Positions 31,401 through 41,707 of a DNA stretch of 64,000 bases are shown in pieces (the stretch's first letter is position 1; the number at the start of each line of letters is the position of its first letter). The notes beneath the pieces were generated by a model. The model did no database searches, had not been told where the DNA came from, and worked only from the letters and a program-made list of their open reading frames with translations. Made by a program: the position numbers and the translations under genes. The stretch is from Craspedostauros australis (taxonomy: Eukaryota). The DNA is taken from the NCBI GenBank assembly GCA_030167865.1, contig JALAGF010006637.1, forward strand, positions 1-64,000, read 5' to 3'.

Positions 31401-32511
31401 GTTCCGATGCGTCGCCGGATGCTGCCCTCGCAGCCTCATCCGCTTGCTTCTTGGCTCTGGATGCGGTGAAGGACAATCGTTTGGAGGAGCTCTTGCTCGA
31501 CTTGAGACTGGTCTTGGCATATGAACTCATCATCTTGCGAAGGAATGCCTTCTGTTCGCTTTCATTCACGGATGATGTCGAAGTCGCTTGCGATGCTGAC
31601 GACTGGCTCGAAGCGGGTGGCTTGGTCGTGTGCTTGCGTTGCGTTCGCTTGAGGTCGTTGGTTCGCTGCGTGCTCAGGATTGGCATTGACTTCCGATCGT
31701 TGCGCTTGTCCGGTTTGGCTCTGACTGGTGCCTTATTGTCATTGCCAAGATCCAGTCGCACAGGTGCTTTGCGTTTGTAGCTGTCCACCTTGCGACGATC
31801 AGCGAAGGAGGCGGACGTGCGTTGCTTGCTTCTATCGATGGAGTCCGTCGATGCCGATGAGACTCCTGATTTAGAATCCCACGTCGCTCCGGTGTCATCG
31901 TACAGTTTCTTCTTCTCTTGCTTCTTCAAGCCCTGACCGTAGAAGTCTCTGTTGGCTGCGATGGCCTGGTTTTCCTCATTTCCTTCGTCCCCATGACCTG
32001 AAGCCGTCGATGCCGTGGATGGCGCCTTCCTGTTCGCCCCGATGCTCGACGAGGCTGATGCTGACGATGCCGAATCGGCCCACGAAGTAGATGGCGCGGT
32101 TGGTGCTGTCCTGGCATACATGTGATGATCCGAATGTACCGGGCTCCATGTGTCATGATCGTCCATGCTGTTCAAGTTGGTGGATGCGACAAGCGGTCGC
32201 GTGCTCTCCTTGGTTGGTGCCGATCGTTTCGATGTGGGTGATAGCTGCCGAGCCGATGGCTGTGGCGCTGTTCTTGTTGGCACTGCTGGTGCTGCAGCCT
32301 TCGTCACCTCCACATGCTTGTAGTTGCCGAGTGGCTTGTTGGCTCGGACCGTGACATTGCTGCTGGGTGGCGGAACCTTCGCGCGATTGCGCTTCTTCTG
32401 CAAGAGTCGCAGCTGTCTCTGATTGAGCTGAATTCCAATCTCCGAATTCGTTGGTTCTTTCGAGATGGTGACGGTCGTCCGTGGGAGGTGTCTTCGCTGT
32501 TCAGTCGCCAT
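25402..32511 (-). CDS. Formin (FH2 domain) with four CCDC53/WASHC3-like repeats and a long disordered N-terminus
   Basis: FH2 motifs at about 28040-26570: FHWNPL..NSIW, LIDLNRANNVAISL, LDVVRQIGNIMNEG..AGFKLDFLSRLAQTKGSDKKTSALDLI, FFCE..LAEFA. Four (Y/F)xxMLK(M/L)xIPxE(A/G)VxH(K/R)MxKE(G/D) repeats lie at about 28097-28744. The first ATG is at 32511. Confidence 0.9.
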   Translation of the reverse strand: MATEQRRHLPRTTVTISKEPTNSEIGIQLNQRQLRLLQKKRNRAKVPPPSSNVTVRANKPLGNYKHVEVTKAAAPAVPTRTAPQPSARQLSPTSKRSAPTKESTRPLVASTNLNSMDDHDTWSPVHSDHHMYARTAPTAPSTSWADSASSASASSSIGANRKAPSTASTASGHGDEGNEENQAIAANRDFYGQGLKKQEKKKLYDDTGATWDSKSGVSSASTDSIDRSKQRTSASFADRRKVDSYKRKAPVRLDLGNDNKAPVRAKPDKRNDRKSMPILSTQRTNDLKRTQRKHTTKPPASSQSSASQATSTSSVNESEQKAFLRKMMSSYAKTSLKSSKSSSKRLSFTASRAKKQADEAARAASGDASEQPKQQSKGKSMWSRKGSNRQSLFSSGRSNGSSGLGTGPSEKAMMRKVLARAVRKTTNPRTKDKMPHSSRMRKLLSPRGLSPRNMFSKAKGKGKQKSPTNSKTNKQSSSSSSSSSRSKQSKPSPKNSTLPSARKPSATDDALRRMRSDEESSTQQSNSNRGDVHDSSNAAANMASTQARGAAQSDGHIMNSSKPQALPTQTRDGVHEMLDPSGRDNTFTANSHSNGNGKTISGGTNHNFKRSAPSGNASRFIQPTVTEKLDFGQHILKKVPKKAAAQEDSTKQSDNGFNVTLSKSTDSIDDVDCCNEFEVTLAQHHRKNDSPSSASQPQQQQHAGPFKSSGSVDTSKNTAKTTASSAGSTGSVRQPASVAAASSGNMDSQVSFSQFSNKGSEDSVAASSDTIFMEASQKGMATSKAIPTMHTKHNGVSTSASARSGAKQGSASSKQSTVSRKRPLPNAEPADSDVSIPWSGIKLRSVRDPDRSASSDASVPSAWAKVKLRHVKGKPQEEKIEVESSVASSAGTIDDSATVAKAPTSATTATSAQPTKHKQTYTPMNFSGPKTPANAPRGEGISGAAFSTFKAALKPTQGVHKPNPASASTEQTATSVLVETVDSPSSATGPAKLSPSLVASESSDSTKDSVGPSVDSAAAVAVDPPMIRTSHSGDDATKVSSSVDPPADNRPNQEEPPSEVSVPLKKSADDAGDAGTDVTETVRVNQTELVKLQSQGGQPETVIWRLKPESIRSMTFDIVALRVRLLLADEHSAKDLLFDSKHDYLVFSKALHDLSSSTEPLPQAAAAAAAASPKPTVVEHLNAEEREVLEAYRKRRMSHPASHADLVDAMQNRRSAPFPLSTSIPTTTVEAGSSPTMSAVSAMTELSEGEAKQVETYRKMLKMRIPIEAVRHKMTKEDVSINVIQAVLNEGSAAPNAGSASQQPKNDLTKEDLEHVGKFKKMLKMRIPPEAVEHKMRKEGMSTKIMDAVLDRASSGSDVEATDGANKPAALSPEDQKKVDSYKKMLKMCIPAEAVEHKMRKEGVKVELMEVVLGKSMAAPNSSGKPTGVTLTDAEESIATSYRQMLKLKIPKEGVRHRMQKEGVSAKIIAAVLGDKVKDNSASEPAKKKRRALKPGFHWNPLSSGQQLANSIWGKLRTSPIPDDCSEISCVTDISKHVEKFQKPTQITQAAKKTVTTTAGGEKIMAKLIDLNRANNVAISLQAYKEFSRAELGKIIEFVDPKKRLVDERVQFMKDLLPAPAEAKMVKGYSGADDRLVPAELWFKQIAHVERADAKVGVLKTMGTFKNEADEICKSFRLLITVCNQVMSSIKLPDLLDVVRQIGNIMNEGRGEEVAGFKLDFLSRLAQTKGSDKKTSALDLIVMIFAERNQQNALLLSDDFPDCQSASKIQLSDLLGDVRSMSAAMRRCKREREALVADGKPPAPDTETRSEPLFAAEMRKRAGNQTEAAGGNKNGIIAKRTKFLEKMKASKQEMAAKGSSSTVAELLKSATKPKGEGAPAISPRASLRASMKAKLNPEREERAEYTREDGVKRIDDFLEEANAVYSALESERDNAVQACRNLSEFFCEPGGENKAASLLAILAEFAGNLNSALKKHKERQEILRRKEAVRKKKLQASVSRSLRMPSNKPPKPEDMVGNAKNSGQQSLVLMVYEMCKTAGDDAVDDFKKGVIHDDTSDDRLKKIYEAEQIRKAEEKLQGNGLKQMAKLKRVTGSDQASDAGSSSSTNVSPELANALANRSSLKKTGSRKAPRPEGGSQAVQRRERSDGAQESPALVEAATFDSVQEGKDKRNAALSRWTTPAIVQSGTSDSDEVVSIATTDVETREHALASKRMALMSRWVQNAPVSEDGSTDDANTEVDLDEAATGADAETESLAPLRQTDSEILAADSEDMEEVKMAEKRRQSYLDRWVRKPQEDDKETVASDVESVNEIADSEVGVSTAEEQRRQTLIARWMRKMPEDEDSDEDLSMFGLGTKEDEGDDENDDEDGR

Positions 32512-32968
32512 GGTGAGGTTCCGTTGCGTTCCACCCAACCAGAGTAGTCGCTGTCGTGCACAATTTCAGATCGTCTTCGACTATTGCATATCACTCGGCT
32601 GTCATCCAATTGATGTGACGTTGTCGCTGCGAATACGCTCAATCCGTTCAATCTGTGCAATCCGTTCGAGCTAGCTTAGCCGTGTGCAAACCGCCAGTTG
32701 CGTGAGTCTGGATGATATTGTGTCAATCCGGTTTGCTCTTCCCGTCGCTGCAGGTGGGTCGCTAACGATGATAGAGGGTGGTTGGTGTAGCCAGTGGTGG
32801 ATGTTTGGAAATGGTTCTTCCTGGATGGTATGTTGTTTGTGCTTTGGTTGCTTGATGTAGGTATGTGGGCGTCTGAGGACGTCTGAGGAAACCGTGTGAA
32901 CAGAAACGAGCAAAACAGTGACAAAAGGAAGATGCAAGCGGTGTCTCGGTAGTCGGTTGATGAATGCA

Positions 32969-33076
32969 TTGGCTTGTGTTGCGTTGGCTTGTGTTGCGTT
33001 GGCTTGCGTGGTTGCTTCTTGGATGGCGTGATCGTTTCCTCCTCCTCCCTTCACTCATACACACACACACACACAC
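32969..33076. repeat. Short tandem repeats: 15-mer ttggcttgtgttgcg x~2.5 and (AC)n
   Basis: Directly visible at about 32969-33007 and 33059-33076, upstream of the formin gene. Confidence 0.85.
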
Positions 33077-33884
33077 GCAGAGAGAAGTAGAGAGGGAGAC
33101 ACCGTCAGATGATTGAACGATGGATGATGGCAGGTGCTGGTGCCCTGACTGACTGCTCTAACCGACAAACGCTCGTTTTTGTTCTGGCCAGGACCGTTTT
33201 GGTTTTGTGAGCAGCGCAGGAGCGCCGGCGTTCCGCCAGGCAGCGTTGATCGGCACAAAACGCGTTGTGTCAAGCCGGACGTTATTCGTCTCATGTCACA
33301 CACATGAACCTACCAACGGTCTCAACAGCCGAGCACCAGGATTCAAATAATCGAGTCGACCGAATCGACTATCTTCATTCGCTCGCGATGACCACAATGA
33401 CCCAATCATCCAAAGATCATCATTTTCGAGAGCAAGTTCCTTCTTGTTCGCAGCGATCGTGTTGTCCCTGTTGTTGTTGTTGCTGTTGCTGTTGTCGTGG
33501 AAGGCTGCAGTCGACAATGACACAAGGGGGCGGAAAGAGAGAGAGGGAGAGCGGCTTTCTCCGCAGCAACAACAGAAAGACACGCAGGGCAAGGAGCCAG
33601 ACTCGATCACCTTGATACCTTCTCCTTCTCGGTTTCACGCACCGCGAAATCATCTGCAACCAAGAGACGGAAACGGAGACAGACCATCAAAGAGGGCTGT
33701 GAGATAGTGCCAAGCGTCACGCCCACGAGAACAGCAAACAGCAGCAATACCAGCAGCAACAGCAGTACCATCGACCAAGAGCAGCACGAGTACTACCGTT
33801 TGGGAGTACTCTATTCGAAGAAACGAACACACGATTGCAACTCCAATTCGCAGACGGACTTCCTCGTCCCATGGTGTGAGCAAC

Positions 33885-35242
33885 ATGGGCGACTTTGACA
33901 GCTTGAAACGAGAGGCCACCAAGTTGGAGAGACACCTGGAAGACAAGGTCGCCAAGTACCAACAGGTGAGATTTGGGTGCAGATTTGCTCCGTGTGTTTC
34001 CACGATGTCCGTAGGCTCTGTTCCGAAGCGTTCATTCCTGCACGGTGGTTTGATTGCGTCGCCGTGAAACCGGAACTTGCGTACCATGCACAAACATGCT
34101 TCACCCCTGGCCTGGATCATCACCTCCGAACAGCTGCATTCGTTGAAGCAGAAGTGCGCGGAACGAGGTTTCGGATTTGCATCAACCTCACAAATACATA
34201 CTCTCGCTTGAACCAAGATTCATTTCAGGCTTCTCGCTGCGATGGCGCGAAAGATAAATCTGATGCTGGGCCGGAATGGTGTGGCATGATGTAGCATGGC
34301 ATGACACTTCGTACAGATCAACAAACTTACCAAATTCTATACCCAACCTCCCCCCGCTCTTGCTCTTGCCATTAACCTCTCCATCTCATATCTTTGGAAT
34401 TTACCTACTTCATGATTATCTACCCCGACTGACTTCTTCAATCGGCATCGCGATTGGCCCCCATTCCACATAACTCCGGGTGATGGATAATATTGGTGCT
34501 CTGCTCAAATCAACATTGGCGCCAACCTCCCTCGCACACTCTCATCCACTCAACCACCCAATGCAATCAACATGCGCAATGCGCACAATAAAACAAACTT
34601 GTTGTCGCCATTGCTGCTCTTTACTCCTAGGTGGTTCAATCCATCGCCGATACCAGCAGCAGCAATAACGATTTGTTTCTCGCAGAGTCTGGCATGCACA
34701 CGACCGAAGACGAGGCAACCCTGCGCCATGACATCCAACGAACCTTGACAACGCTGCAGGACCTCATCAATGGCAAGCTGCAGCCGGCCAGCGAGAAGGT
34801 CGGATCGCAGAATGCGACGCTCCTCGTCAAGCGTTACAGAGAAATTTTGTTTGATCTGTCGGGAGATTTCGAAAAGTCAAGGCAATCTCACATACGGAAA
34901 CAGGAACGGGCCAAGCTCATGGAGGGTGCACGCATGAACGGAACGGGCGATCAGGTGGACCCTGCGATGGAGCATCTGCTGCGAGAACGCAACCACATCA
35001 ACAACTCCATGAACGCGGCCAGCTCGGTCATCGCCCAGGCCAGCGAGGTGCGGTCCGATCTCAGAACGCAGGGACTATCGTTGGGAAGGGCGCAGGCCAG
35101 CATCGGCCGCATCGTCGGCAACATCCCTGGAATCAACACGCTAGTGGAACGAATCAGGCGCAAACGATCGAAGGATGATATGATCGTTGCCGGAGTTATC
35201 GCATCCTGCATCCTCTTCACTCTCTGGTACCTCTTCGGATAG
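33885..35242 (+). CDS. GOS1: Golgi Qb-SNARE Gos1/GOSR1 (GS28), 2 exons
   Basis: Exon 1 (33885-33965) reads MGDFDSLKREATKLERHLEDKVAKYQQ. A GT..AG intron spans 33966-34630. Exon 2 (34631-35242) has RYREILFD, LLRERNHINNS, the SNARE helix, IPGINTLVERIRRKRSKDDMI and the C-terminal TM VAGVIASCILFTLWYLF. Confidence 0.92.
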
Positions 35243-35820
35243 AGCCGGCTCTTCATTGTATTCAGAGAAGAGCATGTAAACTACTCTACTCTACTCGTAC
35301 CAGACAATACAACACAATACAATGCATTCGGTCATACTCAACTCTGCTCTCTGCCGCACTCCATCGCCCAACACATCAATCAAGGAAACATGAACATTAA
35401 CAACAAATACTCTAGTCGGTACATACCAGAGGTCGACAGGTGCGTTGGCGCATTTCATTGCAGCAACACGGTGAGGTACGAGCTATTTTACCATGCAAAG
35501 GCCAGCACACCGCACTGAACTATTGGACAACAAGTACGCCATGTGCCATGTGTTACCGCACTGCATCAAATCGCGACATGACAATCAATGATGCAGGAAT
35601 TGGCCAATGTCGCTGATGTTGTTGTCAGCACTGCGCAACGTGCTGGTGCCCGCCTGTGGTGTTCTCATGAGGTTGTCAACCCCTTGTCGACGGTTCCAGA
35701 TCATTCGTATTCTACGGGTACCAGTATAGGTTGTGCGATACGCAGAGTGACCACAGCGATCGACGGCGCTATAATTATCGGCATGCTAGCTCGTAGGAGT
35801 GTGCAGTCAATCCCATTACC

Positions 35821-38800
35821 TTACAACCCCAACGCCTTCAGGCGCTCCGCATTCCGCGCAACACGCTCGGCACGCATCCGCTCGTACTCGCTCATCTCCA
35901 CATCATCGTCGTCGTCTGAATTCTGCTGCGCATTCGTCGTACTGGCCCGCTTGCGGCGCTGGAGCTCCTTCGAATCCAGCACCTCGAACGGTGGCAATCT
36001 GGAATCACAGTAGTACACGTCGTTCGTCATGATGACACCGGAAGACAACGTCGAATCTGGCGTCATCGGTTCCAACGGCGACAGATGACCGGACTCGATC
36101 AATCCACGCAGCACCCAGCGAATCGCAGGGACGATGAACGGCGTCCGGATCTCCCACAACACATGTTCCTTGGAGTTTGGCGCAATGACGCGGCCCAGAT
36201 ATGGGGGGAAGGAGTTGGCCGAGTACATGCCCCAATCCTTTCCGCTCTCGTTGTTGGCGACGATTGACAATGCATGCATTTGGTAAAGCGCTGCATAGTG
36301 CTTTTCGTGCAATCTTTCGCATTCCAATTCCAGAGAGGTACGATCTCGGATGGGAGCGCCGTTGGTCGATGCTGTTGTTGCTACAGCCGCGTCTGCCGAC
36401 GTGGGCTTGTAGAATTCAACATCACTGGATGAAGACGCATTCTTCGCGGACGAAGACCTCTTTCTCGGTGATCCATACGATGACCGTGAGGACCGACGCA
36501 CATTCGTGCTTTCGTCGAAGTCAGCCGCCTTTTGCAACTCCAAAAGTTCTGCCATTTCTTGCGCTCTCGTTGCCCGGTCAGACTCTCCATTCGTCTCAGC
36601 AGCAGTATCGTTTGCCGCCATTTCCTCCTTGACAGCTGACGTCGATGGTTGGCTGACCACATTGCGACAACTCCATCCCACTGGCATGCAGAAAGTTGCT
36701 GCGTCAGATCGGATCGGCAACGTCGCAAATGGCCCCTTGAGTCCCGTGTTTCGCAACGTCGTTTGCAACCGTATTCCATGCTCGATGGCGCGCGCGGAGT
36801 AGTCATCTTGCTTGAGTCCATTGCGGTTTGGACGCTTGCGTTTGCGTGCACCACGGCTCGATGAAGCATCGTAGTCTTCATCATCCTCGTCCTGCTCGTA
36901 CTCGTACATGTCAACATCAGAATCTTCTTCGAAGTATATGCTTTTCTTTTGCCTTGCACGCCGACCCTGAACGATTCGTTCCGCTGCATGTGTCGCTGTG
37001 TTGATCTTTCTCAGAAGGGATTTCTTCAGCTGCGCTGCCGCCTTGTGGATCCAATCATCCGGAGGATTGAACAGCATTGCGTTGTCGAAGATCAGCTCCA
37101 AGTCATCCTTGAAGTTGCCGTTGAGCATGTGCGCTGTTGGAGTGTTCCCCGTCGACAGGTCTGGCTGCAACGGTGAGTAGTACCCACGTTCCAAATTGGA
37201 CTCCACCGTCGAGACGTCCATGGGATTCTTGACGATGTCGAAATATTGCGGCACACCAAGCGCCACGGGATCGACTGGCTCCAAGAAAGGCGGCACCTTT
37301 GCTTGTTGCTTCAGCCACTCGAGGATGGCCTTGCATTGTTGGAACGCAGGCGACAGGGCATCGTAGTCTGATTGCTCAATCGTGTACCACTTGGACAACG
37401 ACGACGATGTCGCATCCAAAGGTCGGCACGTAAGGACCAACCCATCATCATCTGATTCGACGGTCGCCCAGAAGGCTTCGGTGACTGGCGACGGCTTCTT
37501 CAGGGCCGCGGGCAGGACGAGGATCTGAGTGTCCAGCTTCTTCGAATCCGCGTTCCACACATAGTCGTGGCCTACAACGTGCGCGGTGATCATCGGGCTG
37601 TCGTTGCTCCCGTCTTCTTTGGCGTCTTCGCCAGAACGAAGGGTGATCCGTGTGTGCTCACCGTCAGCAAAGCTGCTTGGAACATCCCTTTCCTTGGCTC
37701 GGTTTCTCGTCTCCACCTCTGCTGCCTGCATTCCAGCTCGGACCTGTCCTTCGGTCAGGAGAACTGTGACGCCATGGTCCACATCGATCTCGGTGAAATT
37801 TCCGCTGCCGTCATCCACCGTGCTGCGCGCACGGAATCGCATGCGACGTTCCACGATGACGACGTCCTCGCCGGCTTCCGCTTCAGCGTCTTCCGCGGTG
37901 GAGACGATGGACTTGGAATAATCCTGGATTTGGAACCACTGACATGGCGAATGCTCGCCGGTGCTTTCCAATTTGATGGGTCGGTAGATGACGGCACCGA
38001 CCAGCTCGTGACCGGATGTGAACCATTCGATGGTCGATTGATCTTCAAAGTCGTCAGCATCCAGAGCTTGGAGGCTGTTGCTGCGTTCGTCGGCAACCGT
38101 GGCGATGATGGCCGGGTGGAGTTTGCCAAGATGTCGCGTGATGAGATCGCGTAGGTACAACTCTGTCTTGTGCAAGGAACGGATGTATGAGATCAAATCG
38201 GATTGCTCCGGCGTCAGCTTGATTTCAGAATCATCCACCTCCGTTCCATCCGGGTTCTTGTCGGGCTTCACGACGATCGCGACGAGAGGTTGTGCAGCTA
38301 TCATCTCGTTGACAGGTCTGTCACTCCATTCGGTTTCGATCGGCTTTCGCTGAACTTGGTTGCGTTGCCAGACGACACGGCCCAGCGCGATGCGGGCTCG
38401 GCGCATTGGATTGGCGGAGTCATCGCCGACCACCGAATGCAGGCTCATGAGCGTGTGGACTTGGTTGGTCTTGACGATGCGCACGATGGCATTCATGAGC
38501 TGCCTCTGCGTGAGCTGCGACTGGCCGCCATAGAATACGCCGTCTGCGGCGCTGGTGCCAGCAGCCCGTCTTGTTTTGCGACGTCGGCTGGGAGTTTCGG
38601 TCTGCTCAAGGGCCCTGGCGAGTTCCATGTCTTGTGCGCTGCTGTCTTTGTCCTTTGCAGCTGCTTCCGCAGATGCAGCATCTGCAGTTGCAGCATCCGC
38701 GGTCTTTGGTTCCAGTTGCACGTTCTCCGCCATCCATTCTCGGACACCGGCTTCCCACTGCGGCCACTTGCAGTGCCCCTCGTGAATGCCTTTGTACCTC

Positions 38801-41049
38801 CAGCGATCCCACGCCTTTTGTTCTTTGTACTCTGCCTCCAGGGCCTGTATCTTTTGTTGGTCGATGGCCAGTTTTGCCTGATCGTACTCGCCAATGATAT
38901 CTAGCGCGAATCTGCACTTGCTGAAGGAGTTGACATCCATGCGCTGCAAATCCGTGAAGCTTTCTCCCGATTTGCACTGCAGAGCGAGCGTGCCGATTGG
39001 ACGATCGGGGATCTCTCGACCCAGGACGACGTCATCAACCGGTTCCAGCTCTGTAGTCTCCACGCCGAAGTCAGACGATCGTTTGCTGTGCCTGACTCTG
39101 ATAACGCATTCGCAGACGACCTTCTTGATGACATCCGGCGTCAATGGCTTTTCTCGGATGATATAATCCAGAAAGGAAGCGACGGATGGCTTGAGGAAGG
39201 GGTTGTTGAAGTAGATGTCGTCTTCATCAATGTCTTCTTCCTCTTCCTCTTCTTCTTCGTCATCTTCGTCCTCCTCTTCTTCGTTTGTGTCTTCGCTACC
39301 TTCCTGTTCCTCACCTTCTGCCTCTGCCTCTGCTTCTGTTTCTACTTCTACTTCTACTTCATCTCCTTCGTCTCCTTCGTCTCCTTCGTCTCCGTCACCT
39401 TCGTCTCCTTCGTCTCCGTCACCTTCTTCATCTGCCTCTGCTTCTTTGGCATCCGTCTCATCATCCATATTTGCATTGTCGACGGTCTGGTTGGTCTCCT
39501 GCTTGGATTCTGCTTCATCGGCTTTACCGTCTTTGCTGTCGGATATAGCATTCTCCTTCTTGTCCCCACCATCTTCGGGCTCATCTGTTGCGGTAGCTTG
39601 CGAACCCCCCTTTGTATCAGTTTCTGTATTTCCCCCCTGCTGCTTGGCATCGTCCGCACTTGTGGTCTGGGTTGCATTCACATCCGTTGCTTCCACCTCC
39701 ATGGCATCTTCATCGGATGACGCCGGCGCATGCATGGAATCGTCCATTTGTTTCAACCACCACATGGCAACACGTCCACCCTTCTTGACAGGAATGGGCG
39801 GGCTGGGTGCGGAGGGAGCGTAGACTGGTTTGACTTGCCGCGATGTGCGGCGCGGAGGAGATTTGTAGCCTTTGGGTGTGACGATCTCTGGTTGCGACTT
39901 GACGAGATAGTCCCACGCGATCTGAGATCCCGTGCGGATGCGCTGCGCCAGACTGAAGGGCGTCATCGCGATGGTCTTGGTGGCACGTTCTTCCACGTCG
40001 AAGGACGGATGGCGCAGGTACGTGGACGGGTTGGCGACATAGTACTGCGGTATGGCTGTGGCATTCTTCTTGGAGGACGCCTTGCCATTCGCCTCCGCGA
40101 TGTCCAGCGATTCTTGATATTGCTGCAAGTGCGACTGCAACGCCTCCTCCAGCGCTGCGATGAGAAAGAGCGACGCGATGACCTTGCTCGACTTGATCTC
40201 CTTCATCACGACCTCGTTGTATCGTTGCTGAATGACATTGAGCAACTCTGTGGAAGGCTGGATGGCTTCTGGCTCATCCTTGGGCAATAGGTCTTCCTCC
40301 ACCCATTCCTCACCCAGGACAGGTGGCAGAGTTTGGCCATTCTCGTCACCCTCGTCACCCTCTTCAACCTGCTGCTGCTGCGGCTGATCATCGACGGTGT
40401 TTGGCCATTCCACTGTCCAACGTTGCGGGAGCCGTCCTGATTGCGGCTTTGAAGATGTGATCGTTCCAACCAATGGAGTCTTCACACCGGAATGCAGCAC
40501 CTTGATGCGTTCCAACATCTTTCCAACGTTCGGATCGCCAGGATCCTGCAGCTCATCTGCTGCATCCTCCTCCACCACCTCATCATCATGATCCATGCTG
40601 ACATCCTGTGCCGCCGCAGCTGCCGCCGCATGCGATGCCGATCGTGTGGCCCTCGTGGCAATGACCGGCACTTGATCATTTTGGGTCGTTTCGACCTCAA
40701 CTTTCGTCTGCTCCTTCTTGACGGGTACCTGCGCGGGACTGCCCTGCTTCGAAGCTGCATCGGGCTTGGCGTCCCCTTCGACTTGCGGCTCACATTTTGG
40801 CTGTGGCTGCGATGCCTCCTTTGGGTCTCCTTGCTTCAATTTTGCATCATTGTGTGGAGTTTTGGTGTCCTGATCCGTGCCACCAGATTTCACGTCCTTC
40901 TTGGAACTGGGTGGTTCGGAACTCGCCTCTGTGGATGCGTTGGCAGGTGCCGCGGATGCAGGTGCGTCGTCGGTGCCCGCCATGCTCACTGCCTCCGATG
41001 CTTTGGGGGTTGCTGCGGCAGATGCCGATTCTTGCTCTGCTTCGCTCAT
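35821..41049 (-). CDS. Bromodomain-containing nuclear protein, 1742 aa
   Basis: Bromodomain at about 37345-37005 (PFLEPVDPVALGVPQYFDIVKNPMDVSTV..FKDDLELIFDNAMLFNPPDDWIHKAA). It also has a long Asp/Glu tract, an NLS-like RKRKRP and the C-terminus SEYERMRAERVARNAERLKALGL. Confidence 0.88.
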   Translation of the reverse strand: MSEAEQESASAAATPKASEAVSMAGTDDAPASAAPANASTEASSEPPSSKKDVKSGGTDQDTKTPHNDAKLKQGDPKEASQPQPKCEPQVEGDAKPDAASKQGSPAQVPVKKEQTKVEVETTQNDQVPVIATRATRSASHAAAAAAAQDVSMDHDDEVVEEDAADELQDPGDPNVGKMLERIKVLHSGVKTPLVGTITSSKPQSGRLPQRWTVEWPNTVDDQPQQQQVEEGDEGDENGQTLPPVLGEEWVEEDLLPKDEPEAIQPSTELLNVIQQRYNEVVMKEIKSSKVIASLFLIAALEEALQSHLQQYQESLDIAEANGKASSKKNATAIPQYYVANPSTYLRHPSFDVEERATKTIAMTPFSLAQRIRTGSQIAWDYLVKSQPEIVTPKGYKSPPRRTSRQVKPVYAPSAPSPPIPVKKGGRVAMWWLKQMDDSMHAPASSDEDAMEVEATDVNATQTTSADDAKQQGGNTETDTKGGSQATATDEPEDGGDKKENAISDSKDGKADEAESKQETNQTVDNANMDDETDAKEAEADEEGDGDEGDEGDGDEGDEGDEGDEVEVEVETEAEAEAEGEEQEGSEDTNEEEEDEDDEEEEEEEEDIDEDDIYFNNPFLKPSVASFLDYIIREKPLTPDVIKKVVCECVIRVRHSKRSSDFGVETTELEPVDDVVLGREIPDRPIGTLALQCKSGESFTDLQRMDVNSFSKCRFALDIIGEYDQAKLAIDQQKIQALEAEYKEQKAWDRWRYKGIHEGHCKWPQWEAGVREWMAENVQLEPKTADAATADAASAEAAAKDKDSSAQDMELARALEQTETPSRRRKTRRAAGTSAADGVFYGGQSQLTQRQLMNAIVRIVKTNQVHTLMSLHSVVGDDSANPMRRARIALGRVVWQRNQVQRKPIETEWSDRPVNEMIAAQPLVAIVVKPDKNPDGTEVDDSEIKLTPEQSDLISYIRSLHKTELYLRDLITRHLGKLHPAIIATVADERSNSLQALDADDFEDQSTIEWFTSGHELVGAVIYRPIKLESTGEHSPCQWFQIQDYSKSIVSTAEDAEAEAGEDVVIVERRMRFRARSTVDDGSGNFTEIDVDHGVTVLLTEGQVRAGMQAAEVETRNRAKERDVPSSFADGEHTRITLRSGEDAKEDGSNDSPMITAHVVGHDYVWNADSKKLDTQILVLPAALKKPSPVTEAFWATVESDDDGLVLTCRPLDATSSSLSKWYTIEQSDYDALSPAFQQCKAILEWLKQQAKVPPFLEPVDPVALGVPQYFDIVKNPMDVSTVESNLERGYYSPLQPDLSTGNTPTAHMLNGNFKDDLELIFDNAMLFNPPDDWIHKAAAQLKKSLLRKINTATHAAERIVQGRRARQKKSIYFEEDSDVDMYEYEQDEDDEDYDASSSRGARKRKRPNRNGLKQDDYSARAIEHGIRLQTTLRNTGLKGPFATLPIRSDAATFCMPVGWSCRNVVSQPSTSAVKEEMAANDTAAETNGESDRATRAQEMAELLELQKAADFDESTNVRRSSRSSYGSPRKRSSSAKNASSSSDVEFYKPTSADAAVATTASTNGAPIRDRTSLELECERLHEKHYAALYQMHALSIVANNESGKDWGMYSANSFPPYLGRVIAPNSKEHVLWEIRTPFIVPAIRWVLRGLIESGHLSPLEPMTPDSTLSSGVIMTNDVYYCDSRLPPFEVLDSKELQRRKRASTTNAQQNSDDDDDVEMSEYERMRAERVARNAERLKALGL

Positions 41050-41707
41050 CGTGCGGGTCTCTGGTTATGCACCGCTCTATCTCTCTTTCTTATTAGTGCA
41101 TCAACCCCTTTCAACGACTTCGGTGCGTCTACTGAGATTAGCTGATAGTCTCGCAGAGTGCAGAGGGTGGATATGTTGCGATGGGAGCAGCCGATGGACA
41201 GGCTGGGATCCTTCGGATGCTTGTGAAGACCTTTGCTGGGATCTTCGCAATCACCGCGAGAGAGCCGTTTCGCGTCTGTTGGCAACGACAACGAGAGAGG
41301 GTGGAAACCAGCAAACCAAACCACCAAACCACCAAACCAACAGACAACCCACATCTCCCGTTCCACACAAAAGCGATGGCTTCAAGACACCGGAAAAAGT
41401 CAATGACTAGCTCGACATCGCGCAGCCAAACCACAGCTAAATTCGGTTTGGGAAGAGAACCTGGGGGGGATGACGGAATTAGACAGACAAGGATACAATT
41501 GGGACTTCAGTAGCGTCAAGTGTTCACAAACTGAGGAACCACGGTCTATACATTTCAGTCTAGATGTAGCCTGACTATTGCTTCAAAATTAGCAGCGCGC
41601 GGAAATTCCACACCCCCTCTCCAACCTGGATAATGCAGTTCATGACAGTCACAGCATCTATAGGAAGATGATATGGAACAACACTCAATTGCATCTGTAG
41701 TAGATCT

